From: Paracoccaceae bacterium
Lineage (GTDB): Bacteria > Pseudomonadota > Alphaproteobacteria > Rhodobacterales > Rhodobacteraceae
Direction: 5' to 3'
NCBI GenBank assembly: GCA_036740275.1
Contig: DAINEH010000022.1
Location: forward strand, 609 to 64,608
Length of the DNA: 64,000 nucleotides
Shown: positions 62,528 to 64,000 of the stretch, in pieces
Layout of the letters: every line of letters begins with the position of its first letter
Position numbering within the stretch: position 1 is the stretch's first letter
Notes under the pieces: generated by a model
Told to the model about the DNA's origin: nothing
Database searches by the model: none
The model's input: the letters and a program-made list of their open reading frames with translations, nothing else
Translations under genes and position numbers: made by a program

Positions 62528-62614
62528 TCTGCCGAGCGGTTATTGCCTGTACGCCCTCCGATACCCCAGTACACTATTTGTTCAGAGGTTCGAGTCTGGA
62601 TCGACGATCCGCCA
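62528..62614 (+). pseudogene. Degenerate tRNA-Ser-like relic (possible fossil integration site)
   Basis: It contains GCCGAGCGGTT (class II tRNA D-loop), a GTAC...GTAC variable-arm-like segment, CAGAGGTTCGAGTCTGG (T-arm-like) and ...TCCGCCA (G73 + CCA). No matching 5' acceptor strand or anticodon arm can be folded. Confidence 0.3.
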
Positions 62615-62688
62615 CTAGGGTCAGGACCCATTGATCTGCTTGAGGCTACCGTCGCTGCGTGATTCAAGGCCCCGAGCTGACGGGGGTG

Positions 62689-63424
62689 ATGATGAGTAAT
62701 CTTTTCTGGCTGACGGACGAGCAGATAGAGCGGCTGAAGCCGTTCTTTCCGAAGAGCCATGGCAAGCCGCGCGTTGATGACCTGCGTGTTCTGAGTGGGA
62801 TAGTCTTCATCAATCGCAATGGCTTGAGATGGTGCGATGCTCCGCGTGAGTAGGGGCCGCCGAAGACGCTCTACAACCGGTGGAAGCGATCGGGTGACAT
62901 GGGGGTCTTCGCGCGAATGATGGAGGGGCTGGCCTCCGAGGGCACCGAGCAGAAGACCATCATGATCGACGCCACCTACATCAAGGCGCACCGCACGGCT
63001 TCGAGCCTGCGGGCGAAAAAGGGGGGCGGGACGACCAGCGCGGGCGTCTGATCGGGCGCACGAAAGGCGGGCTGAACACCAAGTTGCACGCTGTCACGGC
63101 CGCCAAGGGTCGTCCGCTGAAGTTCTTCATGACCGCAGGCCAGGTCAGCGACTATACCGGAGCCGCAGCCCTGCTGGGCAGCTTGCCATCGGCGGAATGG
63201 CGGCTCGCAGACCGGGGCAATCCAGCCTGCGTGTCGCCATCGGTTCGAGACCGCTGGCGAGGGCCGGCTGATTCAGAGATGCGTTGAAAGACAAGGGGAT
63301 ACGCCCCTGCATCCCCGGCCGGAAGTCGCGCAGCAAGACCGTCCGCTACCACAAACGACGTTACCGGCGCCGCAACCGCATCGAGATCATGTTCGGTCGA
63401 TTGAAAGATTGGCGCAGGATCGCA
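62689..63424 (+). mobile_element. Decayed IS5-family (IS427/IS1031-like) insertion sequence; transposase pseudogene
   Basis: MSNLFWLTDEQIERLKPFFPKSHGKPRVDDLRVLSGIVFINRNGLRWCDAPRE is followed by TAG (62851-62853). The frame then continues GPPKTLYNRWKR...IDATYIKAHRTASSLRAKKGG, shifts at the AAAAAGGGGGG run to ..RLIGRTKGGLNTKLHAV..ADRG, then carries a ~40-nt insertion and a TGA before FRDALKDKGIRPCIPGRKSR..IEIMFGRLKDWRRIA. The 3' end and terminal repeat could not be identified. Confidence 0.8.
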
Positions 63425-63437
63425 TCCTCGCGCTCAC

Positions 63438-64000
63438 CTACGCCCGCTGCAAATCGCTGATCCTGCCGGACGAACTCGCCGACCAGGGCATCATGGCGAT
63501 GTACCGGCAAAGCGCCGTGGCCCAATCCTGCATCGCGGGGGAGAGATAGCCCTTTCGGGTCGCGTCGGCGACCTTTTCACGGGCGCGCTCCTCGCTCATT
63601 GTGGCGAGGTTCGTATTCCGCTCCGCGAGTATCGCCTGGACGGTCACGATGAGTACAAACCTGGCAGGGTCCGGCGCGGCCAGCAGCTCCGCCACCTGTT
63701 CAACCGTCTTCTGGTCTTTCATCGGCGCGCCCGCGATCTTCGACTGGGTGGCCTTCATCTTTTCGATGAGGGCGGGAACGTCTTCGGGCGGGGTGTTGGG
63801 TTCCAGGTTGAGGGCTTCGATCACCTGTTGCAGGAAATCCGCTTCGTGGTTCATGTCAGCCAGCTGATTGCCGAGTGCGGTGCGGTGAAGAGCCGGATGG
63901 TGAACAAGCCCGCCGCCCTTGAAGACCGCCGGATCGAAGCCGTCATCCGGCCGCTTCGCTCCCCCCGGCGCAAGGCGGCACAGGGCTCTGCAACCGAGCG
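63438..64000 (-). CDS. Phage Mu gpI-like protease/scaffold protein fragment (open at window edge, C-terminus possibly truncated)
   Basis: The reading frame stays open upstream of the track's ATG (63854) to the window end (..GGLVHHPALHRTALGNQLADMNHE..). The coiled-coil-like middle and GYLSPAMQDWATAL resemble Mu-like prophage I proteins as recalled. The last ~25 aa look unrelated and abut the IS remnant. Confidence 0.35.
   Translation of the reverse strand, partial: LGCRALCRLAPGGAKRPDDGFDPAVFKGGGLVHHPALHRTALGNQLADMNHEADFLQQVIEALNLEPNTPPEDVPALIEKMKATQSKIAGAPMKDQKTVEQVAELLAAPDPARFVLIVTVQAILAERNTNLATMSEERAREKVADATRKGYLSPAMQDWATALCRYIAMMPWSASSSGRISDLQRA

Noticed and set aside
62585-62690. A possible two-piece (permuted) alphaproteobacterial tmRNA gene, suggested by GGTTCGAGTC...GCCA followed by ..CTGGATCGACG.. 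and GATTCAAGG-like strings.
   Set aside because: No tag-peptide reading frame is visible, no acceptor stem can be formed, and there is no pseudoknot-like GC structure. The resemblance is better explained as a scrambled tRNA-Ser relic.
62380-62991. A 203-aa minus-strand ORF spanning the spacer and the 5' part of the IS.
   Set aside because: It is antisense to clear IS5-family transposase coding sequence, crosses a compositional boundary, and its product is low-complexity.

Overview
High-GC (about 65%), densely coding chromosomal segment. It looks alphaproteobacterial, probably Rhodobacteraceae; this is inferred from the opgGIHC cluster, the gene content and GC3-rich codons, not from any search. 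From left to right the window holds:
(1) An AmiC/AmiR-regulated amide-utilisation operon. It comprises an amide/urea-type ABC importer with three separate inactivating lesions, an untracked 51-aa AtzG/GatC-like ORF, an amidase-signature amidase, amiC and amiR.
(2) Housekeeping genes gyrB, rlmN and kbl-tdh.
(3) A lysine-to-glutaryl-CoA catabolic locus. It comprises a LysR regulator, gcdH, a fused E1 alpha/beta TPP enzyme with a FabD-like acyltransferase, an ALDH7-type dehydrogenase and a lysine/saccharopine dehydrogenase.
(4) opgGIHC periplasmic glucan genes.
(5) A translationally coupled ECF sigma / anti-sigma / S8 subtilase operon.
(6) A DedA-FAD oxidoreductase fusion.
(7) A frc-like sugar ABC locus with a ROK regulator, plus gntK and gnd.
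(8) An 11-gene, 12.5-kb LacI-type catabolic operon of unknown substrate with a perfect 16-bp palindromic operator.
(9) Divergent katG-oxyR.
(10) An accessory patch at the right end. It holds a secreted beta-helix protein, an adenylation / carrier-protein / AT3 membrane-acyltransferase fusion (the most novel-looking element), a tRNA-Ser-like relic, a decayed IS5-family element and a truncated Mu gpI-like phage gene.
I saw no intact rRNA or tRNA gene, no CRISPR array and no recognisable defence system. All homology statements are by-eye motif recognition and need database confirmation.
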